Below are positions 39,201 to 48,278 of a DNA stretch of 64,000 nucleotides, piece after piece (position 1 is the first letter of the stretch; every line of letters begins with the position of its first letter). The notes beneath the pieces are model-generated. The model had not been told where the DNA came from, searched no databases, and saw only the letters and a program-made list of their open reading frames with translations. Source of the stretch: Candidatus Woesearchaeota archaeon. GTDB lineage: Archaea; Nanobdellota; Nanobdellia; Woesearchaeales; GW2011-AR9. The stretch lies in NCBI GenBank assembly GCA_018696595.1, contig JABHQW010000003.1:128001-192000 (forward strand), read 5' to 3'. The position numbers and the translations under genes were made by a program.

Positions 39201-41314
39201 AAAGCCTCCCAATTACCATTAGATGCTTCTATTGCACTAAGAGCATTATCATGATTGCCACTAAATACTTTCAAATATTTTTCTGCAATTTCTGCAGTTG
39301 CTGTCAGTTGTGCCAGTTCAGTTGCTTCACCTGCATTTTGTGTTAAAGACATATAACTCGCCGCAATCTCAGATTCATAATCTGTAGCCTTAGCAAAATC
39401 CATAATACAATCACCATCACACTCATCAGGGGTACCTGACAATAATTGATTATAAGAGGTAACTATTTCAGCAGCAACAAGTTTAGCATCTTTACCTTCA
39501 ATATAATAAGAGTAAATTGTATCTTCACTGATATCTGGAAAATAATTGTTTGTGAATTCATTTTTATATTGATCCCATTTATCTTTAGTCAATGCATCAT
39601 TCTTACTTGGTTTTATGTTGCCTTTTTTTGCCCAGACTAATTCTCCAGAAAAAGGATCATATTCTCTTATCAAATAACTGCCATCTTTTTTACTTTGTGC
39701 AATTGATCCCACTTCAAATGTAGTACCCGGCTCTTGTTCATAAACAAAATTGTCATCTTCAGAACCAACTTCAATCCCATAACCGGAGAGACTACTAATC
39801 CCAAGAGCTCCTCCTAGAAACTCCCCTATGGGATTTACTAATTTTCCATCCTCACCAATTTCTAAATCATATTCTCCATATTTGCACGTTTTTCCTTTTT
39901 CACACCCTGAAGGTATAGTTTCTAGCTCATAATGAATTGCAAGTGCACTAGTATAATCATTATTCTCCTCATACAATTTAATAGCCGTTTTATAAGCCCC
40001 TATATCTTTCATTATTTTCGCGGCAAGACCTGGATCATTATTTTTAATCGCAGTATTTATTAAATTATGCCCATATAATGTTTTATCTTCATCAGACTTT
40101 GCACGACTATATAACTCCTCATAAAGTTTTGTTGCTTCTCCCCAATCACCGTCTTTCTCTGCCTCAGTTGCTTTAGTTTGAAGAACTTTAGGACCATATT
40201 CAGCTAAAGGATTAACTGGAGCAGCAGCCTCACTTGGTTTTTTAGTTTCAGCAACAGGAGCAACTTCTTCGACAACAGCAGTCTTCGCTTTAGCTGCATT
40301 AACAACATCTACTGCTAATTTCTCTTTAGGGTTTAAAGGGGTTTTTCCTTCCGCCGCTTTAGCATTTTTTAAATGTGTAGCTGCTAAATCTGCCTTGCCA
40401 CCAGAACCTTCTATTACTGCTACTGCTAAATCCGGATCTTTACCGGCAGCATCATAAGCAGCTTGCATTTCACTAACCGTATTACCAGCACCAGAAGCAC
40501 CCTCAACTTTTTTTGCATGACCCAAGTTTCCATCAAAGGCCTCATACATATCAAAAAGAGTATCTTCTGTATTCATCCAACTTTTTTGAGAACTATAATA
40601 TGCTGCCCATTGCTTCACCACTTCTTTATTATAACTTGTTTTTTCGTAAAGTTTAAGTGAACCAGCATTACTTAACCCTAAATTTCCCATTTCTTGAACA
40701 AATTGTGCACCAACATCAACATCACCATCAAAAGTATCTTCATAATCAATTGCAGTTTGAGGATTTGTTTTTGCTCCGGGTACATCTTTCCATTTGTCCC
40801 AAGCGTTCATTCCTTCATTGGTACATGTCCCAGTCGACCCACAATTACTCTTTGAAACAAAATCATCAAATCCTTCAGTAGTTGTAGAGCTTTCCCATAA
40901 ATCATTTCCTATGTTGCCACTAAACCAAAAAAAATCCTCTGAAAATTCCATATTACCTTTAGAATTATAACTTACCCCCTTAAACACATTTGGACCAAGT
41001 TGTTTATGAAAAATCCTTGTTTCACCACCCTTTGTAACAGTACAAAAACCCCCGTAACCATCATCACTAGTAACTTTACTACAAGAAGCATATGAACCCA
41101 ATCCAGTAGCCAATGGCAACCCATCATTCCGATCGAACCAAGCAGTTCCAGCTAAAGCTCTAGCTTCAGAATCACCAACAAAAAACTTAACAGTCTTACA
41201 CCACCAGTTACAATCAGGAACATCTTCAGAAACCTCTTCAATTTCTATCTGACCCAAACTAAACGGACTTAGAACTAATAAAAACACTACAAATAACGAC
41301 ATCATTTTATTCAT
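36275..41314 (-). CDS. Giant secreted protein (1679 aa): TPR-like helices, coiled coil, Cys-rich beta regions
   Basis: Signal peptide; AEKDGDWGEATKLYEELY TPR-like repeat; heptad stretch ITETENAIT..EEEVEEET..LNEEK; many Cys pairs. Confidence 0.85.
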   Translation of the reverse strand: MNKMMSLFVVFLLVLSPFSLGQIEIEEVSEDVPDCNWWCKTVKFFVGDSEARALAGTAWFDRNDGLPLATGLGSYASCSKVTSDDGYGGFCTVTKGGETRIFHKQLGPNVFKGVSYNSKGNMEFSEDFFWFSGNIGNDLWESSTTTEGFDDFVSKSNCGSTGTCTNEGMNAWDKWKDVPGAKTNPQTAIDYEDTFDGDVDVGAQFVQEMGNLGLSNAGSLKLYEKTSYNKEVVKQWAAYYSSQKSWMNTEDTLFDMYEAFDGNLGHAKKVEGASGAGNTVSEMQAAYDAAGKDPDLAVAVIEGSGGKADLAATHLKNAKAAEGKTPLNPKEKLAVDVVNAAKAKTAVVEEVAPVAETKKPSEAAAPVNPLAEYGPKVLQTKATEAEKDGDWGEATKLYEELYSRAKSDEDKTLYGHNLINTAIKNNDPGLAAKIMKDIGAYKTAIKLYEENNDYTSALAIHYELETIPSGCEKGKTCKYGEYDLEIGEDGKLVNPIGEFLGGALGISSLSGYGIEVGSEDDNFVYEQEPGTTFEVGSIAQSKKDGSYLIREYDPFSGELVWAKKGNIKPSKNDALTKDKWDQYKNEFTNNYFPDISEDTIYSYYIEGKDAKLVAAEIVTSYNQLLSGTPDECDGDCIMDFAKATDYESEIAASYMSLTQNAGEATELAQLTATAEIAEKYLKVFSGNHDNALSAIEASNGNWEAFKLEYDGLPEDQQNINGYLTKMKGQPVPPKLERQKRSTSYSVVNVQVPAKAVTGATLFGEGAGCKKCKYWKSEDGKYYRQNEDGIVVELTGTSKNQLIAKGKDVPTLTTITSDAPVQAAAAKAATLATSETAKLGGWGEVFGIDDSVQEAHLGAIVSESAQANKVSKEITETENAITQIGVDVEELQTQTSQLKEDINDKQSDIARYSTWLDDPMIYEEEISAYTEGGLTQKGAEQWLADQLLRLEEEVEEETAQFISKQEEIQNLLKERTSQETSLVTLNEEKIKITEETGQIVIPDNCEPPGCVIQTEAGKETKYWIENGQVFVAKDTSGKGDFLPQGTLENLNIPEGAGFATAGSGYQPHGTSGTALIALDNGYTIVAEAPIDKEKGFQPDPDKQMTVPSNIVKKLVGGEDGKTGELFVSKEGIMTSKIGDEELAKVTNPEVNGEETNIFKIDYKGEKADYYNGNNFMLSTEDGKSYKDSSNRQFEVDETSDGVDKVSGTCKKQEACFKSGDDFYKGISIYDPKQNWFADEFGAMDFTESSDGERTETWLFKIGNVEYEGTSFCKGGEGECDESNIESDVLEEDGYYLSDTNYGEDKKVSDDDVRTYETRTVGLFRYIDAGVGYGNCGKQNPKMVGCEKNIFFTPDNNEIYNCEKGKSREECAQTSKKFSNDAAGYDELCDGEDKCKADVDKRASSRTLHRFFAGDTEWQQTGAQVYDLLDLSGWNSISMALLGDSYATELASEIDQWFAGTVLDERFYSSAICYALESYDVQGTDYAYIETPGGSFQAVASIQAEKTLEKNPMLCVENEEGGFYCPSKLYCNEEDMFCYEDEYAEEPTVGYFYKITWGVSAPFDESLTPYSDEDGAISFNVYIGEKPVYSKSVHLDNGETDGDKINHYSATEYKIEKICIKWFKAPLTASRSSGFDFEPNAIGNVCTKFKKSTKGSVDYDYGSSGESTSVSGGDVKRKQDW

Positions 41315-41898
41315 TTTGCGTAATTCCCCATAAATAACTTAATAATTTCTTCTTTGTCACCAAAGATGATATGATCTTTAACAATCTCTACACCTAAGTG
41401 TTCTTTTTTATTAACCAATTTTTTAAACCCAGTTAAAGTAAAGTAAAAAATGTTGACTTCAAAAGGATAACGTTTCAAAATTTCAGTAATCTTCTTACTT
41501 TTTCTTCCAATCATAATTAAATCCACATCAGAATGATCTTTAGCCAATCCTTTAGCATAACTTCCAAAAAGAATTAAAGGATAATCAGCAGACAGTTCTC
41601 TCAGTAAGAAAGCAATTTTAGAATGATGATACAAAAAGTTTATTTCTTTATAACATTCGACCATTTGAATTAGAGGATAAGATTTATTCAAATCTAAAAA
41701 GAAATATTTATTTCTGCCCGCTCGGGTATAATCTAACATATTCAATTTTTTTAAATCTTCTAATTTCCTAGCTACAGTTCTTTGAGGTTGCTTAATTAAT
41801 CTAGCAAGTTCACTAGCATGCATCTTCTTACCATAATCTCTAGTAAAAGGTACCAGTAAAACCATGTTCCCTGTAATTTTTTGGCTAATATTAGTCAT
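41311..41898 (-). CDS. wHTH + minimal nucleotidyltransferase (MNT) antitoxin-like protein
   Basis: HASELARLIKQPQRTVARKLEDL HTH; LFGSYAKGLAKDHSDVDL (GS-x10-DxD). Confidence 0.9.
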   Translation of the reverse strand: MTNISQKITGNMVLLVPFTRDYGKKMHASELARLIKQPQRTVARKLEDLKKLNMLDYTRAGRNKYFFLDLNKSYPLIQMVECYKEINFLYHHSKIAFLLRELSADYPLILFGSYAKGLAKDHSDVDLIMIGRKSKKITEILKRYPFEVNIFYFTLTGFKKLVNKKEHLGVEIVKDHIIFGDKEEIIKLFMGNYAK

Positions 41899-42334
41899 TT
41901 TTGGCTAAATCCTTTCGCAATATTTTAATTTTATCAAAATCTAGTTTGTCAGAAAGTTCTTGACACTTATGAACAAAATGTGAAACTAATTCTGAATCAA
42001 TCTCCTTTACATCTTTAAGATAATATTGAACATCAATTCTTAATTTCTTTAAATTCTTAAGGAAAGAAATTTCTTCATCACTAAAATCAAAAAGGTTCAT
42101 CAGTTCAATAGTACAATCATGAATTTCGCATTTAATTCCTGATTTCATTAAAACAGAATAAAAAGCATTATAACAAGCATAATAAGCAGTAACAATCTTC
42201 CAAGTACCTTTGTTAATTTTCATCGCCATTAAAGAATCATTTGCATCTTTTAAGTAAGCACTAGAAAGATTATCATTGGGTTCTACTAATTCAATCCCTT
42301 TATTCTGTTCCAAGCACCACTTTATCTTGTTCAT
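41891..42334 (-). CDS. HEPN-domain protein (UPF0332-like)
   Basis: AYLKDANDSL, VTAYYACYNA, IHDC, LRIDVQY; GGAGG SD; ATGA overlap with the upstream gene. Confidence 0.85.
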   Translation of the reverse strand: MNKIKWCLEQNKGIELVEPNDNLSSAYLKDANDSLMAMKINKGTWKIVTAYYACYNAFYSVLMKSGIKCEIHDCTIELMNLFDFSDEEISFLKNLKKLRIDVQYYLKDVKEIDSELVSHFVHKCQELSDKLDFDKIKILRKDLAKND

Positions 42335-45300
42335 GACCAACCTCCCTCGCCTACTTGGCTACAATAATCTTGATTCATTGATGGATAACTGTCAACTAAA
42401 CCTAATATGTTATCAACAACATCAATAGCAAATACTAATACTCCAGCGTATGTACAAAACTCATTCCCTTTATTACTTCCAGGACAAAAAGCAATACTAC
42501 ATCCAAGAGAAACTGCTTTCTTAACTAAACCAATCGGGTTTGTCAACAAATTTTTAATAAAGTCTGTAAAAATATTAATAGTTCCAGACGGGATAAACAT
42601 CGTTATCAACTCTCCCCAATAATATTTACATTCTAATAATTCAGATGTCTTTGCACATCCATCAACAGTAGTAATACCCTGGGGAACATAATTCTCTAAA
42701 CAATTAATTTTAACACACTTAATTTGTCTTAACTTTTCCAAGTTATACAAGATTCCGGGGATACATAATCCAATAACTGAAATCCAAATATTATCATACA
42801 GGGAAACAGTCTTCCTCATTCCCGCAGATTTAATTGCGTTAAAGAAATTAATTACCGATTGTTGATGTGCTCCATACCAGTTATTAGAAATAGCACTAGG
42901 ATTACAACTAAATACTTGAACAACTTTTTGTAATGTTCCAATAATTTTGTGTGGCACCTCACGCTCAATAGCACTAGTTCCCGTACAAAATAATGCTGCC
43001 GCTGGAACAGTATAAGTTGGTAAGTCATATCTCCAATCATCTCCAGTACCAGAAACAGATTCAAGGATCGTAGCTATTTTCAATAATAAATTAATGGAAC
43101 CAGACAAGTATCGTACCCATTGAATAATCTTGTTCAACCATTTTAGTTTATCTGGAATTTTATATCCCACATCATCTTTAATATCAGCAATTAACTTGTC
43201 AATATTTTCATCTTTACTTCCGAGAGCAGTAAAAGCAAACGGAACAGACACTTGCACTTCTTGATATTCAGGGAAACGAACAGCTTCTTTACCAACTTTT
43301 GAATATAACTTAAATTTACAAATATACTCTGCATAAACTTCATCAAAATCGCCTTTTGTTTCTCCTAAATTAAACATAGCCTTACCATCAAAAGGAGCAA
43401 ATTCTAAAATCAGAGTTGTTCCTGCTGGACTTCTTTTACCAGAAGCATAATTCTTTTGATATAATAAATTTCGACTAACTTCTGGATAACCAACAACAGG
43501 AGCGGCAACCGCAGTTGCAGCACCGGCCAAAGCTTGAGCAGCTTCTTCCTCAGTCACAGGAGTAGGAACCTCAGTAGCAGGAGCCGCGGAAGCAGAAACT
43601 TCTGCTTGCTCAGCAGCAACAGCATTATAACCAGTATCTGCAGGCACACAATTTCCAGGAGGTAAATCTACTGCTAAAAGTTTAACATTAGGACTACTAC
43701 TTCTAAATCTAACATTAATAGGGATTCTTGTAAAAGTGTATGGAACAGCATCCAAATCAACGAACCTAACTTTAGGATTAACTGAAGAAACTTCCCAATA
43801 ATCTGGACTTTCTTCCGTACTTAAACCAAGCAAATCAAAATCGAACGTTCCCTGTTTTCCGTCTTTACCATCAAAATCTTTAGCATTATTTACCTTCAAG
43901 TCACTAACCCATTTAGCATCATTACCAGCAGTATCTTGAACTTTAATTTCTAACGATACTTCTCCACCATCGCCACTCTTAATCGGGTCAGTATCAAATT
44001 CACAAACCCATTCATTATCATCATTACGATTACAATCATCTTCAGTAAAAGCCATCCAACCAGCACCAACTTCCCGATTCAGTTCATTAAGAGGATATTT
44101 TGTTTCTGCATCCATAACAACTTCATCTAAATTAACTAACACCACTAAACCAGAAACTTCTGCAGCTCTTAACTTAATTCTTAATACGTCTGCACTACTA
44201 AAATAATTTTTATCTTCATTACCATCAAAACCATAAATATTAAAACTTTTTACGGTTGGTCCAGTATTATCAACTATTAATTCAACAGTTTCAAATTCCC
44301 CATCATTACCAACATTATCTTCAAAAGTTTCTAAATTAATAACAGCAATACCATCAGAAGATAATTTAGCAAAAGTTTCCCAATAACAATCAATTCCTTT
44401 AATAGTTTGATTACAAGCAGTAGGCGGTTCAGTGAAACTTTTTTCTAACGCTCCCAAATTTGCCCTAATTCCACTTGAACTAATTCCCGCACCTTGTTCT
44501 TTAACTTTTAAAACAATACGTTGTTCATCAGTCCGAACATAACTCTGGCCCCCATAAGTTCTTTCACTACCAAAGAAATCAATCTTTGGTGGAGAAATAT
44601 CTTTAGTAAATGTTTTAGTGATAGTTTTTTCAATAGAATTACTATATATATCAGTTGCAACAATCTTTACAGAGATTGAACTTTCAGGATCTACATTAAC
44701 ACCATTCCATCTACATTCCCATAATCCTGGTTCATCAGCATCTTCAGTACAATCTCCTTCATCGCCATCAAGATCAACTTGTGAAGAAGAAGCTTCAACC
44801 TTAACTTCATTAGTTTCAATAACCTTAACAACAATATCTGTCTTACCAATAAATTCACCAATAAATTCTCCAAATTGAGTAAAATTCAAACTATCAGCAA
44901 CAATTTCTGGTTTAACAAAATCTCCCCTGAAACTAATAACCGGACTATAAGTAGCATGTCCTAAAAAATCTTCAGCTTTAAGTTTAATTCTTTTCCATCC
45001 TTCGCCTTCAAAAGGTACATCTAACTTATTACTAAAACCAGAATCTAAAGCGTAATGATATTTATCATATTTTCCTAACTCAAAATCTCCTAATGTTTTT
45101 AACAAATCACCAGTTTCAGAGTCAAGAATTTCTATTCTTTTAATACCAATACTAGGAGCATCAACATTCACTTTATCATTAGCAACAAAATCAAATTCTA
45201 CCCAACCTTCATTTACCTGTTTAGCATTTATCCCAGTAATACTTGGAGCAGAACCGTCAGCACTAATAACTTTTTCATCAGAGTATTTGTTCTCGGTCCC

Positions 45301-45711
45301 CAAACTTGATTCTGTATAAACTACTTGGAAATCGTGTTGTGCTTCTTTAATACCATCTGTCAAAGGACTAATATATTTACAGGTAACTCCTAATGGCCCA
45401 TCACTACAAGATCCAAATGGCGCTTCGTGATTACCAATTTTTACAACAACAGAATTAGGATCAACAGCATTACTTGCACCGGAAACATTTCCTTCAGCAT
45501 TTCCAGTTCCAACACCATTAAGTAAAGCTTCAACTGTCCAAACATCACCATCTGCGTCTAAGAATCCTTCTAGTTCTGCTTCTCCCTCATTCTTAGTAAT
45601 TTGAACATTTACTCCCGCATAAACACTAGCAGAATAAAATGGCATACTAATTACTAAAGCGATAACAAATAATCCAGCTAAACTCCATCCTTTTCCTACT
45701 TTATCTACCAT
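42331..45711 (-). CDS. Large secreted protein (1126 aa): Ig-like beta repeats plus Cys-rich helical C-terminal domain
   Basis: Signal peptide; D.SAP.I/D.TGP.V Ig-like linkers, D.AGN; C-terminal GLCIPGILYNLEKLRQIKC..CL..C..C.Y.WGE. Confidence 0.85.
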   Translation of the reverse strand: MVDKVGKGWSLAGLFVIALVISMPFYSASVYAGVNVQITKNEGEAELEGFLDADGDVWTVEALLNGVGTGNAEGNVSGASNAVDPNSVVVKIGNHEAPFGSCSDGPLGVTCKYISPLTDGIKEAQHDFQVVYTESSLGTENKYSDEKVISADGSAPSITGINAKQVNEGWVEFDFVANDKVNVDAPSIGIKRIEILDSETGDLLKTLGDFELGKYDKYHYALDSGFSNKLDVPFEGEGWKRIKLKAEDFLGHATYSPVISFRGDFVKPEIVADSLNFTQFGEFIGEFIGKTDIVVKVIETNEVKVEASSSQVDLDGDEGDCTEDADEPGLWECRWNGVNVDPESSISVKIVATDIYSNSIEKTITKTFTKDISPPKIDFFGSERTYGGQSYVRTDEQRIVLKVKEQGAGISSSGIRANLGALEKSFTEPPTACNQTIKGIDCYWETFAKLSSDGIAVINLETFEDNVGNDGEFETVELIVDNTGPTVKSFNIYGFDGNEDKNYFSSADVLRIKLRAAEVSGLVVLVNLDEVVMDAETKYPLNELNREVGAGWMAFTEDDCNRNDDNEWVCEFDTDPIKSGDGGEVSLEIKVQDTAGNDAKWVSDLKVNNAKDFDGKDGKQGTFDFDLLGLSTEESPDYWEVSSVNPKVRFVDLDAVPYTFTRIPINVRFRSSSPNVKLLAVDLPPGNCVPADTGYNAVAAEQAEVSASAAPATEVPTPVTEEEAAQALAGAATAVAAPVVGYPEVSRNLLYQKNYASGKRSPAGTTLILEFAPFDGKAMFNLGETKGDFDEVYAEYICKFKLYSKVGKEAVRFPEYQEVQVSVPFAFTALGSKDENIDKLIADIKDDVGYKIPDKLKWLNKIIQWVRYLSGSINLLLKIATILESVSGTGDDWRYDLPTYTVPAAALFCTGTSAIEREVPHKIIGTLQKVVQVFSCNPSAISNNWYGAHQQSVINFFNAIKSAGMRKTVSLYDNIWISVIGLCIPGILYNLEKLRQIKCVKINCLENYVPQGITTVDGCAKTSELLECKYYWGELITMFIPSGTINIFTDFIKNLLTNPIGLVKKAVSLGCSIAFCPGSNKGNEFCTYAGVLVFAIDVVDNILGLVDSYPSMNQDYCSQVGEGGWS

Positions 45712-45730
45712 CTTTTTTGTTAATTTTAAC

Positions 45731-48109
45731 TTATTTATATACTGGTTCTAATAAACCACGAACCAAAGGATTCTTACCAATTTGATCCATTTCTGAAATG
45801 AGCATCATATCTTCTAACACTAATGCAGGAACATTATTGGCAACTTCTCCCCGTAATCCAAGTTTATGTAAATCATAATTGAAAACGTAAAACTCAATTT
45901 CTTGTGCTGAATAAAGATCTTCAGGAGTGATTTCCATATAAAATGTTTCCACATCTAAATTAACCACCCCAGTTACAAAACTAGTAATGTTCATACCACT
46001 AATGGTTGCACAATTACTGTCTTCACATCTATCATTTTTAGGAATGTTAAACGCATTCTCAGTAATAACTGCAGCAGTAACTTCATAAATACCAGGAACT
46101 AGTTGTATGGTGGTTGTTTGATTACCTTCAACTCTGAATGAAGTTGAATATTCTTCACTAATAACATTAGGGTTTAAGTCTGCTCTCCTAATCAGTGTAT
46201 AAGTAACAGTTTCATTCTCACCCAATTGTTGAGGACTATCACTTAAATAAAATTCATGTTTCCAACTCTTGCTACCGTTTGCATAGACTGTTGCCAACGG
46301 ACCAATCAAATTTGGTTCAAACAAAGCATCGCCAAAATTGTAAAGACAATATTTATCATTTCCATTTTCATGAGTAATACATTTACTGAACTCATACTTC
46401 TTTGCAGAAACTGGTACCTCTACAATCTTATGTAATTCTATTACTTCTTGTGGATAACCAGCAACAGCATATCCAATAATTCCGGGATTCTCAGTATATT
46501 CATAAGTGTCAATAGGATAAAAATTAGTAAGATACTCATCTTTAACAAACTCAACCACTCCACCATAAGCAGGAGGATAATTGGTTTCTAACTCACCAGA
46601 ATCATCAGTAACGCCTATGATACAATTGTCCTGACTAGGAACACTAAAACCAATTTGTACTAATTCTAATGGTTCTTGATTATAACTATCAATAACTACT
46701 GTTTTGATTAATTCTGTATCCAAATGTTGTTCATCACAAAGCATTGAATCCTTTAAAGCAGTAAACTCTTCTTTAATTGCAAAATTCTCGTCTGGAACAG
46801 CATTATTAATTATTGTTCCTTCCAAAGCAAAAGATAAAGAATACCCTTCACCAGCAAAAGCGGTTTGATCAGCAACAGTAACCATAACCGGGAAACTCAC
46901 ATCATACTGAGTATAATATCTTTGAAAAGTAAAACTAAACGGAATAACTCCCAAAGGACTAGTTACACTAGTTTGAGCGGGTTTAATTTTTGTTTCTCCC
47001 TCGTTAATATCCACATAAGGTTCCCAACCAAAATAATCAAAAGAAACTTCGGTCCCTTCAGCATTTTCTAAAGGAATTATCATGTTATCGTAAGTTTTCT
47101 GGTACAATCCAGATAAGTCAGTAACAGGATATTCATATCTGTAAAAATTGTTACTGCTTAAGTGCCTCAGCATAGGAACATGAGTTGTTAATAATGACTT
47201 AAATTTCTCTTTAACATCAACATCTGTCCAATAAGTTAAACTAAATTCCTCAAAAGTTACTGCAGAAGTTGGAGGAATCTTTGAAGAATCAACATGACCA
47301 TAAATCTGGATTAATTCCAAAGCCAAATTTTCTAAAAAGGTATGATTTCTTTGTGCATTAGAAATGTCAGTCGCGACTTGATAATAATGTTTCAATTTTA
47401 AAGGAATCTTAACATAAAACTGGTCAATTTGGTGTTCTGATTCTCCCTTTGTGCCTTTAACCCGCATTTTTAACCAAAAATTAACACTTTCTTCACCAAC
47501 ACTAACAATTACCTCTTTAGTGTCCTTATCTAAGTTTTGAACTTCAAATCCTTGCTCGGAAAAAGTTTCATAATCAATTAAACATTCATTCAAACTCTCT
47601 TTAACATATCTTGCTAATTGTGATTCAATACTCATCTCAGAATCCTCTGCAGCATATAATTCTGGTCGAAGAGAAGAAAAAGTAACCGCATTTGCTTCGT
47701 TAGGATTGTTATTATAATACCAATAAGGCACTTTTAGTGGTTCTAAATCAATTCCATCAGCTTCAGTAGGATTAATTGCAGAATATTCTCCCATTAAATC
47801 GGGATGGATATAACCACCTTGCTCACCCAAAATCAATAAACCTTTCTTACCAATTTGATTTAAACAACTATCTGTAAATGTTTGTAATGGTTTAAACTCC
47901 TGAGGAACTTCAGATAAAACAGGTTCTTCAGCAGCAAGAATATCTTGTTTTGTAAAAGTTTTAGTAAAATACATGATTCCAGCAAAGGCAAACAAAATTA
48001 CAATTCCAATAATAATGAAAATGGTAACTTGAGCTCTTTTGTTCTTAAGAAAACCTTGACAGAATGTTCTAGTACTATCTCTACTAACATCACCACTTTT
48101 AATCGTCAT
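45731..48109 (-). CDS. Secreted protein (792 aa) with class III (pilin-like) signal peptide
   Basis: KNKRA-QVTIFIIIGIVILFAF basic-then-hydrophobic N-terminus; TTTTATAAA box about 26 nt upstream. Confidence 0.82.
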   Translation of the reverse strand: MTIKSGDVSRDSTRTFCQGFLKNKRAQVTIFIIIGIVILFAFAGIMYFTKTFTKQDILAAEEPVLSEVPQEFKPLQTFTDSCLNQIGKKGLLILGEQGGYIHPDLMGEYSAINPTEADGIDLEPLKVPYWYYNNNPNEANAVTFSSLRPELYAAEDSEMSIESQLARYVKESLNECLIDYETFSEQGFEVQNLDKDTKEVIVSVGEESVNFWLKMRVKGTKGESEHQIDQFYVKIPLKLKHYYQVATDISNAQRNHTFLENLALELIQIYGHVDSSKIPPTSAVTFEEFSLTYWTDVDVKEKFKSLLTTHVPMLRHLSSNNFYRYEYPVTDLSGLYQKTYDNMIIPLENAEGTEVSFDYFGWEPYVDINEGETKIKPAQTSVTSPLGVIPFSFTFQRYYTQYDVSFPVMVTVADQTAFAGEGYSLSFALEGTIINNAVPDENFAIKEEFTALKDSMLCDEQHLDTELIKTVVIDSYNQEPLELVQIGFSVPSQDNCIIGVTDDSGELETNYPPAYGGVVEFVKDEYLTNFYPIDTYEYTENPGIIGYAVAGYPQEVIELHKIVEVPVSAKKYEFSKCITHENGNDKYCLYNFGDALFEPNLIGPLATVYANGSKSWKHEFYLSDSPQQLGENETVTYTLIRRADLNPNVISEEYSTSFRVEGNQTTTIQLVPGIYEVTAAVITENAFNIPKNDRCEDSNCATISGMNITSFVTGVVNLDVETFYMEITPEDLYSAQEIEFYVFNYDLHKLGLRGEVANNVPALVLEDMMLISEMDQIGKNPLVRGLLEPVYK

Positions 48110-48182
48110 TATTTATATTAGAGAATTATTTAACATTTATAAAAGTTTGTATTTAGTTAAAGGGAAATAAAGGTAAAATATA

Positions 48183-48259
48183 GGGGCACTACGGCACGGC
48201 GCCTTAGATTTTTTCTCATTTAGTTCGAAAAAATGCGCCTCCATTGGCGGTAGTGCCCC
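48183..48259. ncRNA. GC-rich long imperfect hairpin, unassigned structured element
   Basis: GGGGCACTAC/GTAGTGCCCC (10 bp), GGCGC/GCGCC, TTTTTTC/GAAAAAA nested stems. Confidence 0.45.
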
Positions 48260-48278
48260 CGTAATAGGCAATACCAGT

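Noticed and set aside
48183-48259. Possible tRNA or 5S rRNA (7-bp GGGGCAC/GTGCCCC stem, TCGAAC and GCGCCG words)
   Set aside because: No anticodon arm or correctly placed T arm; too short and lacking the helix IV/V domain of 5S rRNA.
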